Shown here in pieces: positions 1 to 13,520 of a stretch of DNA of 64,000 nucleotides. Source of the stretch: Eledone cirrhosa. Its lineage: Eukaryota. Location: the NCBI GenBank assembly GCA_964016885.1, contig OZ024745.1, positions 121,210,001-121,274,000 on the forward strand. The letters run 5' to 3'. The notes under the pieces were generated by a model. It had not been told where the DNA came from and ran no database searches. It worked only from the letters and a program-made list of their open reading frames with translations. Numbering within the stretch: position 1 is the stretch's first letter; every line of letters begins with the position of its first letter. The position numbers were made by a program, and so were the translations under genes.

Positions 1-841
1 ACGAGGAGTTTTCCATTTGATTCGATCAAAGCAACAGCCTGCTCGTGAAATAACGTGCAAAGAGCTGAGCATTCCACGAGCACGTGTATTCTTAACAGAA
101 TTCTCAAAGATATTCAGACTGACATAGTGACTGACAAGACTGGCCCTTTCAATCACATTTACGAACAGTTTATTGAGTTTTCGTTTATTAAATTCCAGTC
201 ACAAGACATGGATCAACCCGAAGCTATGACAAAGAATACTTGCTGAAGATGTCATGTACTGGGATCAGATGAGGGACCAAATGATTGCGAAACCATTAGG
301 CCATGCTGTTTCCATCCTAGTACGATGATACTAAAAAAATCCATTTCAAAGGAGGCATTTTTCTCCACTATAAGTAATCAATCGAAGAGCCGATTTCTTT
401 GGTGCTTGTCGACATCTAAGAATGGGAACTTTCCTTAAGCTATTTAGTTAGTAACCCTGCCTCCTGGGGTCCCAGATGTACCAACCCCGCCTTCTATTTC
501 TATCTTATGGTGTCTCGATTAATCTCTGAACACATCCAAGGGCCACACTAACATCGTGGTAGGAGTCACGCCATGCTTCACTACTCTTTTCCTTGGAATT
601 CCACCCCGTTTCCTCAATCCCTCCTTCAAATATAATTCTTATATGTTTCTTAGCATATTCTATACGACTATCAATTTTGTGGGACATATTAGACGTTGGC
701 AGAGTCTAATCTTGGTACTTTTCGCACATCCCACCTTTTTGTTCTTCTTGTGTTTTTTTCTGTCTTGCCCATTGTATCTACTTCTGAACCACTTACTTTA
801 AACTTGTGACGTATTCCTCCTTTACTTAATGGTCATCTTGT

Positions 842-985
842 GAAGGCGCATGGCTTAGTGGTTAGAACATTGGGCTTTCAATCGAAAGGTTGTGAGTTGA
901 ATTCTCGGACCGGGTGATGTGTTATTTCCTTGAGCAAGACACTTTATTTCACGTTGCTCCAGTTTACTCAGCTGTAGAAATGAGA
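842..985 (+). mobile_element. tRNA-derived SINE family B (CORE-like body)
   Basis: A box TGGCTTAGTGG, B-box-like GAGTTGAATTC, then CCTTGAGCAAGACACTTTATTTCACGTTGCTCCAG. Related copies at about 3676-3800(-), 23083-23387(-), 25775-25910(+), 34055-34260(-), 41086-41200(+). Confidence 0.75.
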
Positions 986-1161
986 TGATAGGGCTGGGGT
1001 CCCTATCATTAAATTACCCAAGACACCTCCAACGAGATATACCTTGGAGGAGGCCAGCTAAACCTGCATAGGTGTGAGCTGTCACACAACACACACATCT
1101 TCACCGACCTCATTTTTACTTTAATTTATTTCATATATGTCAACACTAATTCTCGACATAC

Positions 1162-1346
1162 TGGATTGTCAGTATCGGTAGAGAGTCGGACGCCATGCTT
1201 TGTAGTATAGAGTTACGGCCCTTTACGGTCTGAGTTCAAATCCCGCCGAGGTTAACTTTGCCTTTCATCCTTACGGGGTCGATAAAATAAAGTACCAGTA
1301 ATGCACTGGGTAATTGCTGGCCTTGTGCCAAAAGTAGAAATAATTA
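1162..1346 (+). mobile_element. tRNA-derived SINE family A (Deu/Nin-domain-like body)
   Basis: Family consensus A box TGGCAGTATCGG, B box GAGTTCAAATCC, then GGTTAACTTTGCCTTTCATCCTTACGGGGTCGATAAAATAAAGTACCAG. At least 15 copies in the window. Confidence 0.85.
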
Positions 1347-1353
1347 TATTATA

Positions 1354-1539
1354 CAGTGAAATTCCGTTATAACTAATTTTACGAGGTAAAAAAAAAATCG
1401 TTGTAAAGAAAAATTCTTTATAACGAGATCGACCGAAACGAATCGAGCGTTTGTTTGTTATTACCTCGGGGATTGAAAAAAATTTCGTCATACTGAAAAA
1501 TTCGTTATAATGGTATTCGTTATAACGGAATTTTACCTG
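1354..1539. mobile_element. Tc1/mariner-pogo-type MITE
   Basis: TA|CAGTGAAATTCCGTTATAAC ... GTTATAACGGAATTTTACCTG|TA. Confidence 0.75.
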
Positions 1540-2172
1540 TATTATTATATTATCACTACTGCCACTACTACTACCACTGTCACTCGGGCCAAGTGCCACT
1601 TCCAGCTAAGATATCATCGCAGCCTGTTATTGTTGCTGCTGAAAACAATTCCATCTGATCTCACCATACAGAGAGATGGGAGGGCGAGAGAGATGGGGGC
1701 GATGACAGTGGGAGTTCGGCTCTTCCACGTTCGGACCGTATCCTTGTGGTTGTGTTTGTTGTCTATACTCTATCGAGTAATTAGCTCGGTGTTCGATACA
1801 TTTAATAAAAACAAAATAATGGAGTCCCTTATAGGTATTTTATATTCATTATTAAGGTGAGAAAGATTCGTTTAGGTAAACCCCTACTGCTAAAGTACCC
1901 CTGACCTGGTTCCTGAACAAGTTGAATGCAAATCTTATACCATGGCGTCACTAAGGAATTCACAATGGCTTGGTGATATTGTGGTGAAACTACCTCTGAC
2001 CAATAGATAGTTGCCTTATATATCCCTTTTGTTGATGTTGTAAAGCTATTTATTCTAAGCCATGTCACCGGTGTTTTGAGAAAGCAACACCAAATATCAG
2101 CCCGAGTCATATCAATGAATCGAAACAACAGAAGTTTTTATTTCTTCTTCATGTTTTTCTGTTGAACTTCTA

Positions 2173-2231
2173 GCTGTCTGATGAAGTCATAACTGTTGCA
2201 TAACGGTTATCACCGAAATATATATAACAGC
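2173..2231 (+). ncRNA. Type I hammerhead ribozyme motif
   Basis: GCTGT-CTGATGA-[long stem II]-GAAA-TATATA-TA-ACAGC. Stem I 5 bp perfect, palindromic stem III; stem II has a mismatch at its base. Confidence 0.7.
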
Positions 2232-2309
2232 GATTATGAATAAATGAAGTGAATTCTAATCTGTTGACTTGTACTTCATGGTTATATATATACAGTATAT
2301 ATATATACA

Positions 2310-2351
<42 letters not shown>

Positions 2352-3274
2352 ATGTATGTATGTATGTATGTTTGTATGTTTGTATGTATGTATGTATGTA
2401 TATATATAGGGAAACAATAATAAAGATTTACCAATATACAGCGAAAAAATTAGTTTATACAAAATAGATTATACCTTTTTTTAAAATATAGGTAGGTTTT
2501 CAGAAATAGTCATAGCTATCTAATTACTTTTTGTACTAACTGGTTTCGCTCTGAGTAGATTTTCAAAGTTTTATTTTGATATTTGTGTTGGCGTTGGATA
2601 TATCTTTTCTTTCACAGGGGTCTATATGTGATGTTGAGTTATATCCTCCATGTTCTGTTGTTTGTCGCTTGGTGGTGGTGTGGGGGATGGAAGTGATAGA
2701 ACATGGTAGGAAATGACAAGTGATAGGGGTTGTGCAGGTGATGGAGGGATGGAACTGAACAGATGATGACAAATGATGGTGTTATACATAGCAGAAGCAA
2801 GCAGAAGCAAGAGCTATAATAGCAGTAGAAGTGACATCTAGAGGAAATAGAGCGGCGCTAGGAGAATGGTTGTAGCTTGTTGTAGCAGACAAAGGAAAAA
2901 CACATTCTTCACCCAGATCAGCAAATGTGTATATACTATTTAACTTTTAACATCCTGTACCACATCAAACTGCATTAATAAGACATTCTTGAAAAGTACA
3001 AAACAACAATATCAGCGCATCACGTTAAAAATTAAAGTCTTTACTCTATTGTAGATTTTCACAATAATCAATTCACTAGTAACGATACTATAAACATTTG
3101 AATTAACAATCTTGCTTTGACATATTTACTACCAAATCATTACAGGATGTTAAGAGTTAAAGTTGCAGAGAATTAATGCGAGAAAAAACACGGCAAATTA
3201 ATACGAAGCCAATAGCGGTATAGTTCAATTACCCAAATATATCCATAAATTGTATCCCCAAATATATCCATAAA

Positions 3275-3439
3275 TACAGTGAAATTCCGTTATAACGAAA
3301 ATTGTATATACAGTGAAATTCCGTTATAACGAAAATTGTATATACAGTGAAATATCCATATAACGAAAATTGTATATACAGTGAACTTCCGTTATAACGA
3401 AAATTGTATATACAGTGAAATGCCGTTATAACGAAAATT
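3275..3439. repeat. 34-bp minisatellite (about 5 copies) made of the MITE terminus
   Basis: Unit TACAGTGAAATTCCGTTATAACGAAAATTGTATA; the first 22 nt equal 1352-1373. Confidence 0.9.
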
Positions 3440-4417
3440 CACTCGATAATTTTGATTTATAGCAGTAACCTTCTGGATTATCATTTAGTCTAGTCACTAG
3501 ACTAAATGATAATACACTAGACTCTAGTGTATAAGAAACAGGTAGAAGCTTCAAACACATAGAGGTTACTTATTTTACTCGATCGACAAGATCCCAGATT
3601 TCATTCACTTACCAAGGAACCAGGGTTTTCATTGGTCTTTCCAATTGCTGATACTATCTACCGATCACAACCCCTGGCAGAAAGAGCAACGTGAAATAAA
3701 GTGACTTGCTCAAGGATATTAAACATCGCTCGGTCCAGGAATCGAACTCGCAACTCCACGATTGCGAATCCCATTCTCTAACCACTAAGCCATGCACCTT
3801 CTCTAGAGGGTATAGTAGATGTAATATTATGATGTACATCGTGTTTCTGTAAGGAATTGAAACCTGATATTGTACCCCGTGACAGCAAACGCTGTATGGC
3901 ACATATCGTGTTAAAGATTTCGTTTTAATGGGCAGAAAGATGATGGTTTGTAAGTTAGGCGTAAGTTCAGAAATTTGGGGCTGAGTTCATAGCTGTTGTT
4001 TATTTTGTCGAATCCCTCTTCAGGATTTCAACTCAGAACATAAAAAGTCGGTACTGACTTTCTAATGATTCTGCCAGTCCATCACTCCAATGGAGAGAAA
4101 AACGATATTTGGAAGGAAGTGATATCATCGATTGAATCAACCCGAGCGTTTCAATGGCATATATTTCATCAACTCTGAATAGATAAAAGACAAAATCAAT
4201 CCTAACCGGATTTGAACTTAGAATGTAGAGGAACATAATTAGATACTGCAAGGCATTATCTTGACCACCCTATACTTTTTAATACCCCTCTGTTTTATCA
4301 TATAACAATTTAAAAAGCCACACGCACACTGTCTGACTGATAAGCACCCGAAAAGCTTGATAGCCCAAATAGAGAAGCTTTGTTAGCAAATTAACAACAC
4401 CAAGGTTTTCTACTCAC

Positions 4418-7400
4418 ATGAAGGTTTCTTAGTTATATTTCTTCCTTCTGGTAAATAATGACCATCAGTTACTTGATTATTGAGCGTTTGATATTTAGAT
4501 TCCATTGGTTTTACAAAATCATTTCTATCGCGAGTTTCTCTTTGCCGTATGTCATTACGCCTGACTAACTGAGCGTTGTTTGTTTCTAAATTAATTGGAT
4601 CAATAAAATCTGAATTTACTGCCTGTTTTTTTATTACAGTATTCGATTCATCCACCGACATGGTTGATGTACGATCGAAGTTATCTTTTCCCAAGTGTCT
4701 ATCATTTAGATCTTCCTCATTAAACAAACGTGCTTGTGCTGGTGAAAGAATTGTTTTTTTAAAACTTGCTCTTTTAACTTTTACAGGAACTTTTGAGGGG
4801 CTATTGGATGCAACGACAACTTTGGGATTATCTATTGCATCATGGAATATTTCAGCTCTAGGAGTGTCTGGATACGTAAAAGTGTTTCCGTTGATATTAT
4901 TTTGGACTTTCTGTTTGTCTTCTAATGAATCATCACTTAAGTTATCATCAGAAGCCGATGCTTCACTGATGTGCGGATCTTCTTGCATACTCATCGGATT
5001 CGTGTTTCCATCTAGGGGGGCCCAGCGTTTTAAACTATTTCTTTCTCTTAATACACTACCTTGATCTAGAGACTGGCATTTTATTGGGAGCTTACTTAAG
5101 GTTTTAGGATTCTCAGTTTCGGAAAATGATGCCGACCTGCTCACATTCTCTGTTGTATTTGGTTTAAATGTATCTTGGTGAGAATTAGTCGAGACGAATG
5201 GATCATCACTAAAGTTTGGTTTCGATTTTTGTGTTGCCAATTTCCTTTCTATATCTTCTGAAACGACGTCATCATCGATGATATCCGACCAATTTGGAGA
5301 GTTAGAAGCTGTATCTTGATCAACTATGTCAGTATCAAGCATCTTTGGATGGTAAGGCGTAGATCGCGAAAATTTACCATCAGCTGTGGTAATAGGATCA
5401 AGAGTTTTTTCTGATTTTTTAGGACCAAATAAAGCTTTAAATTTACTATACCATGCGCTAGATTTCTTGGCCTCATTCTCTTCTTTGTCAAATTCACTTG
5501 GTATTGGTGAAGTGGTTTTTTCTGCTACGTTCTTCTCATCTGATGGGAATTCCGATTCCGATAATTGTGAATCTGTATAGAAACTGCTGTTTTCAAATAA
5601 TGATTCGGTATCATCACTGTCATAATAGACGTTTGCTTTCTGATTCACTGTATTGTCTTCTACGATATTTATCGATGGAATATCCGGTGGTGGTGTTTTG
5701 TAATCAGTGGGTGGTGTAGAACGCCGATCTTCATTTGAACTTGATATCTTCTTCCTATCGGAACTGTACTCATCTTCATTTCCGTTGCTATCTGAATCAT
5801 TAAAATAGCTGTTTGTTGGAGTTAATTCTACGTTATTTTGTTTGCTCAGATGCCCTCCTTTGTCCGGACAGTAATATTTATAAAAAGGGTTATAAACCTC
5901 ATCTTCACGTTCACCCGAAATTTCATTTTCAAGGTCACTGAGCTTTTTGTTTTCTTCAGATGAGTTTGAATTATAATCTTTTGACTCCTTATTGAGAATT
6001 TTATCACTTTCACGCCTTTCCATCTTTTTGCTATCGTTACCAATTGAAGCATCAACTGAAACACCCTTTACTGGCTTAAGAACATCTTCCCTGGCCGTTG
6101 TATTATCTCCATCCTTAACGCTAGCTTCAGCATTACCGAAAACACTATCATTATCCCCGTCATCATCATCTTTACTAGCACTATTCTTGTGTTCCTCATT
6201 TTCGAAAGAATCGTCTTTTGTATTACTTTTCTTTCTATCAGATCTGAAAGTGAACATTTTGGAGATTTTTGTACGTATGCGAGAAAAGGAACCTAAACGC
6301 GGAGGAGGAGATTTTTCTGGAGACTCTATTTCAGAGGTTTCTTGAGAAGAATTTAAACTTGATGTACTGGTTGGACTCTGTTCCGATGATGCCTTTTGTT
6401 TATCAGCGTCTAATTTCTGTAACAAGTCTATAATAGAATCATTACCATATTTATTAAGTCTCTTCTGCTCAGTTTGGAGATTTTCTGACTTGGAATTTAA
6501 ATCAAGTGAACTTGGCTCACTCTGAAATTCTTCATCTTCAGAAATCATTTTTGGGTGTTCATCTTTGCTATTAGTGTTCGGGGCATTATTGGTTTCAGAA
6601 AGGAGATCTTTTGAGGCTTTAACAACATTAGCATCATTTGGCTTTTTTATGATTGGTTTAGCATAAACTGATGAACAACTCCCAACTTCCACTGCATTTT
6701 CTATATACTGGTCAACAGCCATTGTACAATCTATTAACGCATCTTTGCTGTTTGGCTGGACATTTTCTGTAGTTTCGTAAGTTTTACCATTTCTAATTCC
6801 TATAGGTGACTCATCAGTACTTTTATCAGATTTTCCCTTAGCTACACTTTTCGATTTTAATCTATCTCCGTCTACTGGATGTAAACTATCCTTTCGGCTT
6901 TGAACATCCTGGACCTCATCGATACGAATTGATTGATTGGGATCAATGAAATTTCGGTCAAAGATTCCAGTATCTAATGTTTTGTCCTTATCTGATGACC
7001 TGCTATTTATTTCGGTTGTTTCTTCATCATTAACACTAGACACCCTACCTGTCACTACATCAGATGTAACATCATCCATTTCATTGGAACTGTCATCACT
7101 GTCAGAGTCTTTTGTGAAAACTGAACGAACTTTCTCTCGAAAATTTCTGAAAGGTTTTGTGTTTTGTTTCGGACTTTCTGCGGAAGTTTTGTCCGAATGT
7201 TCCTGCTGGATTGTGGATGTTTCTTCATCACTAAGACTAGACATCTTACTTTTAGGTGTATTAGGTGTAACCTTTATTTCTTTAGAACAATCGTCACTAT
7301 CAGAATCTTTTGTGAAAACAGACCGAACTTTCTTTCGCAAATTACTGAAAGCTTTCGGACTTTCTGAAGAATTTTTGTCCGAATGTTCCTGCTGGTCTAC

Positions 7401-9562
7401 AGACGTTTCTTCATCCTCAAGATCAGAAACTTTGTCTTTTATAGTGTCAGGTGTAGCATCTATTTCATTAGAGTTGTCGTCACTATCAGAACCTTTTGTG
7501 AAAACAGACCGAACTTTCTTTCGCAAATTACTGAAAGCTTTCGGACTTTCTGAAGAATTTTTGTCCGAATGTTCCTGCTGGTCTACAGACGTTTCTTCAT
7601 CCTCAAGATCAGAAACTTTGCCTTTTATAGTGTCAGGTGTAGCATCTATTTCATTAGAGTTGTCGTCACTATCAGAACCTTTTGTGAAAACAGACCGAAC
7701 TTTCTTTCGCAAATTACTGAAAGCTTTCGGACTTTCTGAAGAATTTTTGTCCGAATGTTCCTGCTGGTCTACAGACGTTTCTTCATCCTCAAGATCAGAA
7801 ACTTTGCCTTTTATAGTGTCAGGTGTAGCATCTATTTCATTAGAGTTGTCGTCACTATCAGAACCTTTTGTGAAAACAGACCGAACTTTCTTTCGCAAAT
7901 TACTGAAAGCTTTCGGACTTTCTGAAGAATTTTTGTCCGAATGTTCCTGCTGGTCTACAGACGTTTCTTCATCCTCAAGATCAGAAACTTTGCCTTTTAT
8001 AGTGTCAGGTGTAGCATCTATTTCATTAGAGTTGTCGTCACTATCAGAACCTTTTGTGAAAACAGACCGAACTTTCTTTCGCAAATTACTGAAAGCTTTC
8101 GGACTTTCTGAAGAATTTTTGTCCGAATGTTCCTGCTGGTCTACAGACGTTTCTTCATCCTCAAGATCAGAAACTTTGTCTTTTGTAGTGTCAGGTGTAG
8201 CATCTATTTCATTAGAGCTGTCGTCACTATCAGAACCTTTTGTGAAAACAGAGCGAACTTTCTTTCGCAAATTACTGAATGGTTTTATATTTTCTTTTGG
8301 ACTCTCTGGGGAAGTTTTGTCCGAATGTTCCTGTTGGTCTTCATAATTTTCTAAACATATAGCAGAATCATTACTAAATCTATTCCGTCTATTGGCGTTA
8401 TCCTTTGAAGAAATTGAGTCATATGTTCTCTCATCTTTTAAAATGGCTTTATTAGATACATTTTCGTTAACAAATTTATTGCCTGGAGCTTGTTTTCTGT
8501 TAATCATATGTAAATCCTCGCAAGTGTCTTCCTTTGCACGATTATCTTTTGACACCTGATCAGCAGGCAGAAGGTCTATATTACGACGAGAATTAAGAGG
8601 AGCAAGTTTCTCCTCAACAGCCACTTTCAAATCTGAACTATACCAAGGAACATCGTTTCCAATATCGGAAGCTTTTTCCTTTGACCGATTAACTGTATCT
8701 TCTCCCTGATTATAATCGTTTAGTTCTTTACTTGAGTTGTTAACATTTTGTGAGGGAAATTGTTTGTGTTGGGACTCGTAAGTAGATTTTCCGATCTTAT
8801 CTTCAATACCTATAAAATCTGAATATTTATTTTGGTTGTCCGATTCAACTTCTTTTTGATAATTTGCAGCATTTGGAAAAATGTTCTCTGTATTGTTTGG
8901 AGTTGTTTTAACGGCTTTATTTTCGGTTTCTTTGTGTGTCACATTAATCTGAACTGGTTTTATGAAGAAGTCTTTATTTTCAGCAATTATTTTAGGCGTG
9001 GCATTCAATTTGCTACGATAAGATATCATTTTCTCTTCTACTCGATCCAAGCTGTAACAGTTTAGACCAGTAGCGTCTCTATCTTGATAGTCATTGGAAA
9101 GGTATTGATCATTATCGCAGACGTTTTCTACAGGAACACTTTCTTCTTCTTCTGACTCAGAGGACTTGTTCCGATTCATATTTGTTGAGCTTATACTCTT
9201 TGGCTGAGACAAACGTTTTGGTGAAGGTAACCTATTTGTCTTTTTGATAGTATTTGATAAATTTGATCTGGTATCGTCAGTACTAGAATTCCTTTTGGTA
9301 TTACTACTTGTTGTTTGTTTGCTTTGAGGAATGGTACTTTTGGAATAATCCTTTCCTAGTTGACTTGAAGATTCTTTTAATTTGTTTGATTTCACTGATA
9401 TGTGGGGCGGTAGTGGTATTCGAGTCTTGTTATCAGAGCTCTGCTTTCGTCCTCTGTCAAATGGACTCGCTTCACGTCGGTCTCTAGAGCTTGTTCTAGG
9501 AGTTCGAGATAAACCTCTATTTTGAGAAGCACCGTCTTCTTTCTGTTGCAACACAGGTGTCG
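4418..9562 (-). CDS. Giant internal coding exon (5145 nt, phase 1 to phase 1) of an uncharacterised, Ser/Asp/Glu/Lys-rich, probably disordered protein with 62-aa tandem repeats
   Basis: 1714-aa ORF bounded by acceptor ttttcaacttacAG|CG ACA CCT GTG (AG at 9564-9563) and donor TCA T|GTGAGT (GT at 4417-4416). Length is exactly 1715 codons. No family recognised. Confidence 0.85.
7010..8345 (-). repeat. Coding tandem repeat, 186-bp / 62-aa unit, about 7 units
   Basis: GCTTTCGGAC recurs at 7351, 7537, 7723, 7909, 8095 (period 186). Protein unit QQEHSDKNSSESPKAFSNLRKKVRSVFTKGSDSDDNSNEIDATPDTIKGKVSDLEDEETSVD; outer units diverged. Confidence 0.95.
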
Positions 9563-10650
9563 CTGTAAGTTGAAAAACATAAAATCAATTGAAGGATCTC
9601 GTTCATTCCAAGTTAACTGCATAAATTCATTGCTAGTAATGTTCTTACATCTGGAGCTATCATTATGTCTGGAGCTATTGACCTTCGTTGCTAGCAATAC
9701 TCTTACATCTGGAGCTATTGACCTTCGTTGCTAGCAATATCATTACATCTGGAACTATCGACAAAAATCTTTAACCTTTTAGTATTATATACAAGTGCTG
9801 CTGGAAAGTTCTATTGATATCAAATCTCAAGCTTTAGAAGAATCACCAGAATATATTCATAAATTTATTTTCCAATATTTACACGTAAATCCCGTTATAT
9901 CCCCATAATATATGTGGAATTCCATGACAAGGTCTTTACAGAAAATAAACTAATTCAAGAGAATTTGTCTGTAATTATTTAAAATTTACACACACAAACA
10001 TACACACACACACACGCAAATGATCTCCTTTTCCAACCCCATTTGAGCCTGTAAATAGTAATTTCTCGAAAGTTACTCATACATTTAATCATGTACCTAT
10101 GTTAGTTGTACTTATAAGCTGAATATTCGTGTAATTATATCCTAGAAATAGGTTATTAAAATAGTATTTATATTTTCATTCCCTTCCACTCCACATGCCA
10201 GAAACTAACATGAACTATAAGGTTTCTCTTATGCAAATCATTCATTTATCAAAACTCAAATTCCTCAGTAGTCCTGGTATATGTGACATAGCAATCTTCG
10301 ACCCCCACCCGAGATAATACTGCGAACGTGCTGGCTTGCCTCAGAAATTATTAGAGAGGTTTCCCTGTGCTCCTCGCGATACTGTTATCTTTTACTCTGG
10401 TAGTGGCTCGGTTGTCCACCCCTTTCGCCTGCCCTTTGTTGTATGTGGTCCTGGATGTGTGTGCTACCCGCTTCTGTGTTTTTTTCTTTTCTCTTACTTT
10501 TCCTCTTTCTTTTTCCTTTCCCTTTCCTTTATATTATATTTGTTTGTGATTTCGTTCTGTAAGCATTGTTTTATTATAGTTCTTTTTATACAACAGTGAA
10601 TAAACTTAACAGCTGTACAAATTACATACGTTCTGTGCTATTGCCGTGTA

Positions 10651-10832
10651 TTGGCAGCATCGGTAGAGAGTCGGACACCATGCTTTGCAGCATAGAGTTA
10701 CGTCCCTTTACGATTTGAGTTCAAATCCCACCGAGGTTAACTTTGCCTTTCATCCTTACAGGGTCGATAAAATAAAGTACCAGTAATGTATTGGGATAAT
10801 TGTTGGCCTTGTGCCAAAAGTAGAAATAATTA
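10651..10832 (+). mobile_element. SINE family A
   Basis: Full match to 1162-1346. Confidence 0.85.
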
Positions 10833-11075
10833 TCATTGATGACAGCAAGTACTAAACAATTAAAATTTTAGAATTATAATTGCCAATGCTAGATATGTTA
10901 GTAACTATTACAAGATTTGCTGAAGTGACTCTAAAATTTGATATACACAAAGATAAAGATATTTGAAATGGAGTGCTTTGATGAAGAGAAGAGGAAAACT
11001 TTTGTAAGATTATGATACTTATCAAAATAATCCGAAATAGGGATAAATAAGCTTTCTATCACCTTTCCTACTCAC

Positions 11076-11118
11076 CTGATCTGATCCCTTTAGATAACTG
11101 CTTGTTTACATCCAACGG
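11076..11118 (-). CDS. 43-nt coding exon of host gene (PLDVNKQLSKGIRS, phase 0 to 1)
   Basis: ccccttacaataacAG|CCG...TCA G|GTGAGT. The terminal G plus CG of the giant exon gives GCG in frame. Confidence 0.65.
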
Positions 11119-11636
11119 CTGTTATTGTAAGGGGAATGAAATCTAATTATTAAGATATGTTGTGATTATCAAACTTCAAATTATTTGTTTTTATTCCGGA
11201 GTGTGTTCGGGTTAAACTACAGATATTGCTAACTAAGCCGTCTACCTTAGTTAAATAAATAATGATTTTTCTACCCACTTTTCTTTGGACACACACACAT
11301 ACACACACACACACAGGCACGCGCACACACGCACACACACACATATACGCGCACAGGAACGGACGGACCACACGCACACGCATACACACACACACACACA
11401 CACAGGCACGCACGCACGCACGCACGCACGCACGCGCACACATGCACATACACACACACACACACACACACGTACGCACACGCACACACACACGTCGCAC
11501 ACGCGCACACACACACGTACACACACATATACATACACACACTCACACACAGAAACACACACACATATTTATAATGATATTTTCCGGTGATCCCTGAAAA
11601 TTATGAATAAAAAATGATGAATTATTACTTACATAC

Positions 11637-11803
11637 TACGTTTTTATCTCCAGATGTTTCTTTGGGGCCTACTTTAGTCTTTGTTACCCGGGGTGAAGGG
11701 ACCGGTTTTTTATAACCAAACCTATTTTGCGTAGAAGGAGTCACTTCACTTTTATTGGGACATCCCTCGAAACGTTTGTTTTGATCAGATCGGTTTGATG
11801 TTG
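11637..11803 (-). CDS. 167-nt coding exon of host gene (TSNRSDQNKRFEGCPNKSEV...GDKNV, phase 1 to 0)
   Basis: tttatttgttcAG|CA ACA... and GTA|GTATGT; an alternative GTAAGT donor lies 4 nt further on. Open frame, phase-compatible with neighbours. Confidence 0.7.
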
Positions 11804-12987
11804 CTGAACAAATAAATTTTATCAAAAGTCAAGTTTATAAAGTGATGAATAAAGTATAATCAATTAACTATAACCTACATTTGTAACATCCTTTCCTGAA
11901 ATCTATATATAAAGTTCTGTGATTCTGTCACAACACGTAAAAAGAGAGAGGGGTAATTTGACTACCTCATACTACTCCCTTCTCATTACGTCTGCTGCCA
12001 ACGGAATGTATGTGTGTGTAAAAGGAAGCAATGGGATATATCTCTCTATATATAAATTTCTGTGATTCTGTCACAACACGTAAAGAGAGAGGAGTAGTTT
12101 GACTACCTCATACTAGTCCTCTCTCTTTACATCTGCTGCCTATGTGAATGTATGTGTGTGTAAAAGAAAGGAACGGGGGTGGTGAAAAAACTATGTGAGT
12201 GTATGTGTATGTGTGTGTTTGTGTAAATGTATGTGTGTGTGTGTGTGTGTGTTTGTGTGAATGTATGTGTGTGTAAAAGGAAGGAAGGGGGTGGTGAAAA
12301 ACTACGCTGTGTGTGAGTGTATGTGTATGTAAATGTATGTATGTGTGTGTGTGTGTGTGAATGTACGTGTGTGTGTTTGTGTGAATGTATGTCAGAGTGT
12401 ATTTTTGTAAGCGTGCCTCTGTTTGCACGTTTATATTTATATACTACATATATTTATATACTCATACATATACATGTATATATGTATGTACATACACACA
12501 TACATACACACACATATATATACACGCGTCAGCGTATGGAAAAAAATTATAGTATAATATAAAAATGTGGACAACACATTGTTAACCCATGACGCACTGG
12601 GAAATCTGAAACTTGCAAATACTTTTGATAAAGTGGTTTGACCGAAAACTCTGTTTAATAGAAAATAATTATAGTTTAATGATTAATATTTGAAGAGTTT
12701 TGGTTGGTTGGTCTGTGAAGATATTCGGAGGAGGGGAATAGTGAGATAGATGTCTGTACAGATCAGTATAATGAAACAAGAGGAAATAATTGTGGTGTTT
12801 TCATGACAAATTCTTGTGAAATCACCTGAAATCAAATCGATGGATATCTGTGATGAGTTTGATGTTGTTATGTCCTTATGGATAAACGAATACACCGCAA
12901 CAGTGTAATAACAATATAATTGAAACAAACGGCAATAACCACATGTAATGGAACAACAATCTTTTAGAACTAACAATCCAACACACT

Positions 12988-13520
12988 AACTTGAACTCCA
13001 GCCTTGACTATCACCACACGAACTGTGAACTTGAACTCCAGCTTTGACTATCACCACACGAACTGTGAACTTGAACTCCAGCTTTGACTATCACCACACG
13101 AACTGTGAACTTGAACTCCAGCTTTGACTATCACCACACGAAATGTGAACTTGAACTCCAGCTTTGACTATCACCACACGAACTGTGAACTTGAACTCCA
13201 GCTTTGACTATCACCACACGAACTGTGAACTTGAACTCCAGCTTTGACTATCACCACACGAACTGTGAACTTGAACTCCAGCTTTGACTATCACCACACG
13301 AACTGTGAACTTGAACTCCAGCTTTGACTATCACCACACGAACTGTGAACTTGAACTCCAGCTTTGACTATCACCACACGAACTGTGGAACTAGTACTAA
13401 CTTTGACTATCAACACACAAACTGTGGAACTAGTACCAACTTTGACTATCAACACACTAACTGAGGAACTAGTACCAACTTTGACTATCAACACACCAAC
13501 TGTGGAACTAATACCAACTT
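12988..13520. repeat. 40-bp minisatellite (about 10 copies plus 3-4 diverged units)
   Basis: Unit AACTGTGAACTTGAACTCCAGCTTTGACTATCACCACACG. Confidence 0.95.

Noticed and set aside
240-300. CTGAAGA...GAAAC hammerhead-like spacing
   Set aside because: No stem I or II complementarity and no UH site; lies in a SINE-like remnant.
842-915. tRNA gene at SINE heads
   Set aside because: A/B boxes are present, but there is no complete cloverleaf and they are always fused to a SINE body.
2112-2175. Possible terminal exon of the host gene (RSSTEKHEEEIKTSVVSIH*)
   Set aside because: Weak acceptor that overlaps the plus-strand hammerhead/retroelement remnant.
6937-8346. 469-aa plus-strand ORF
   Set aside because: Antisense shadow of the 186-bp coding repeat; one stop-free unit repeated explains its length.
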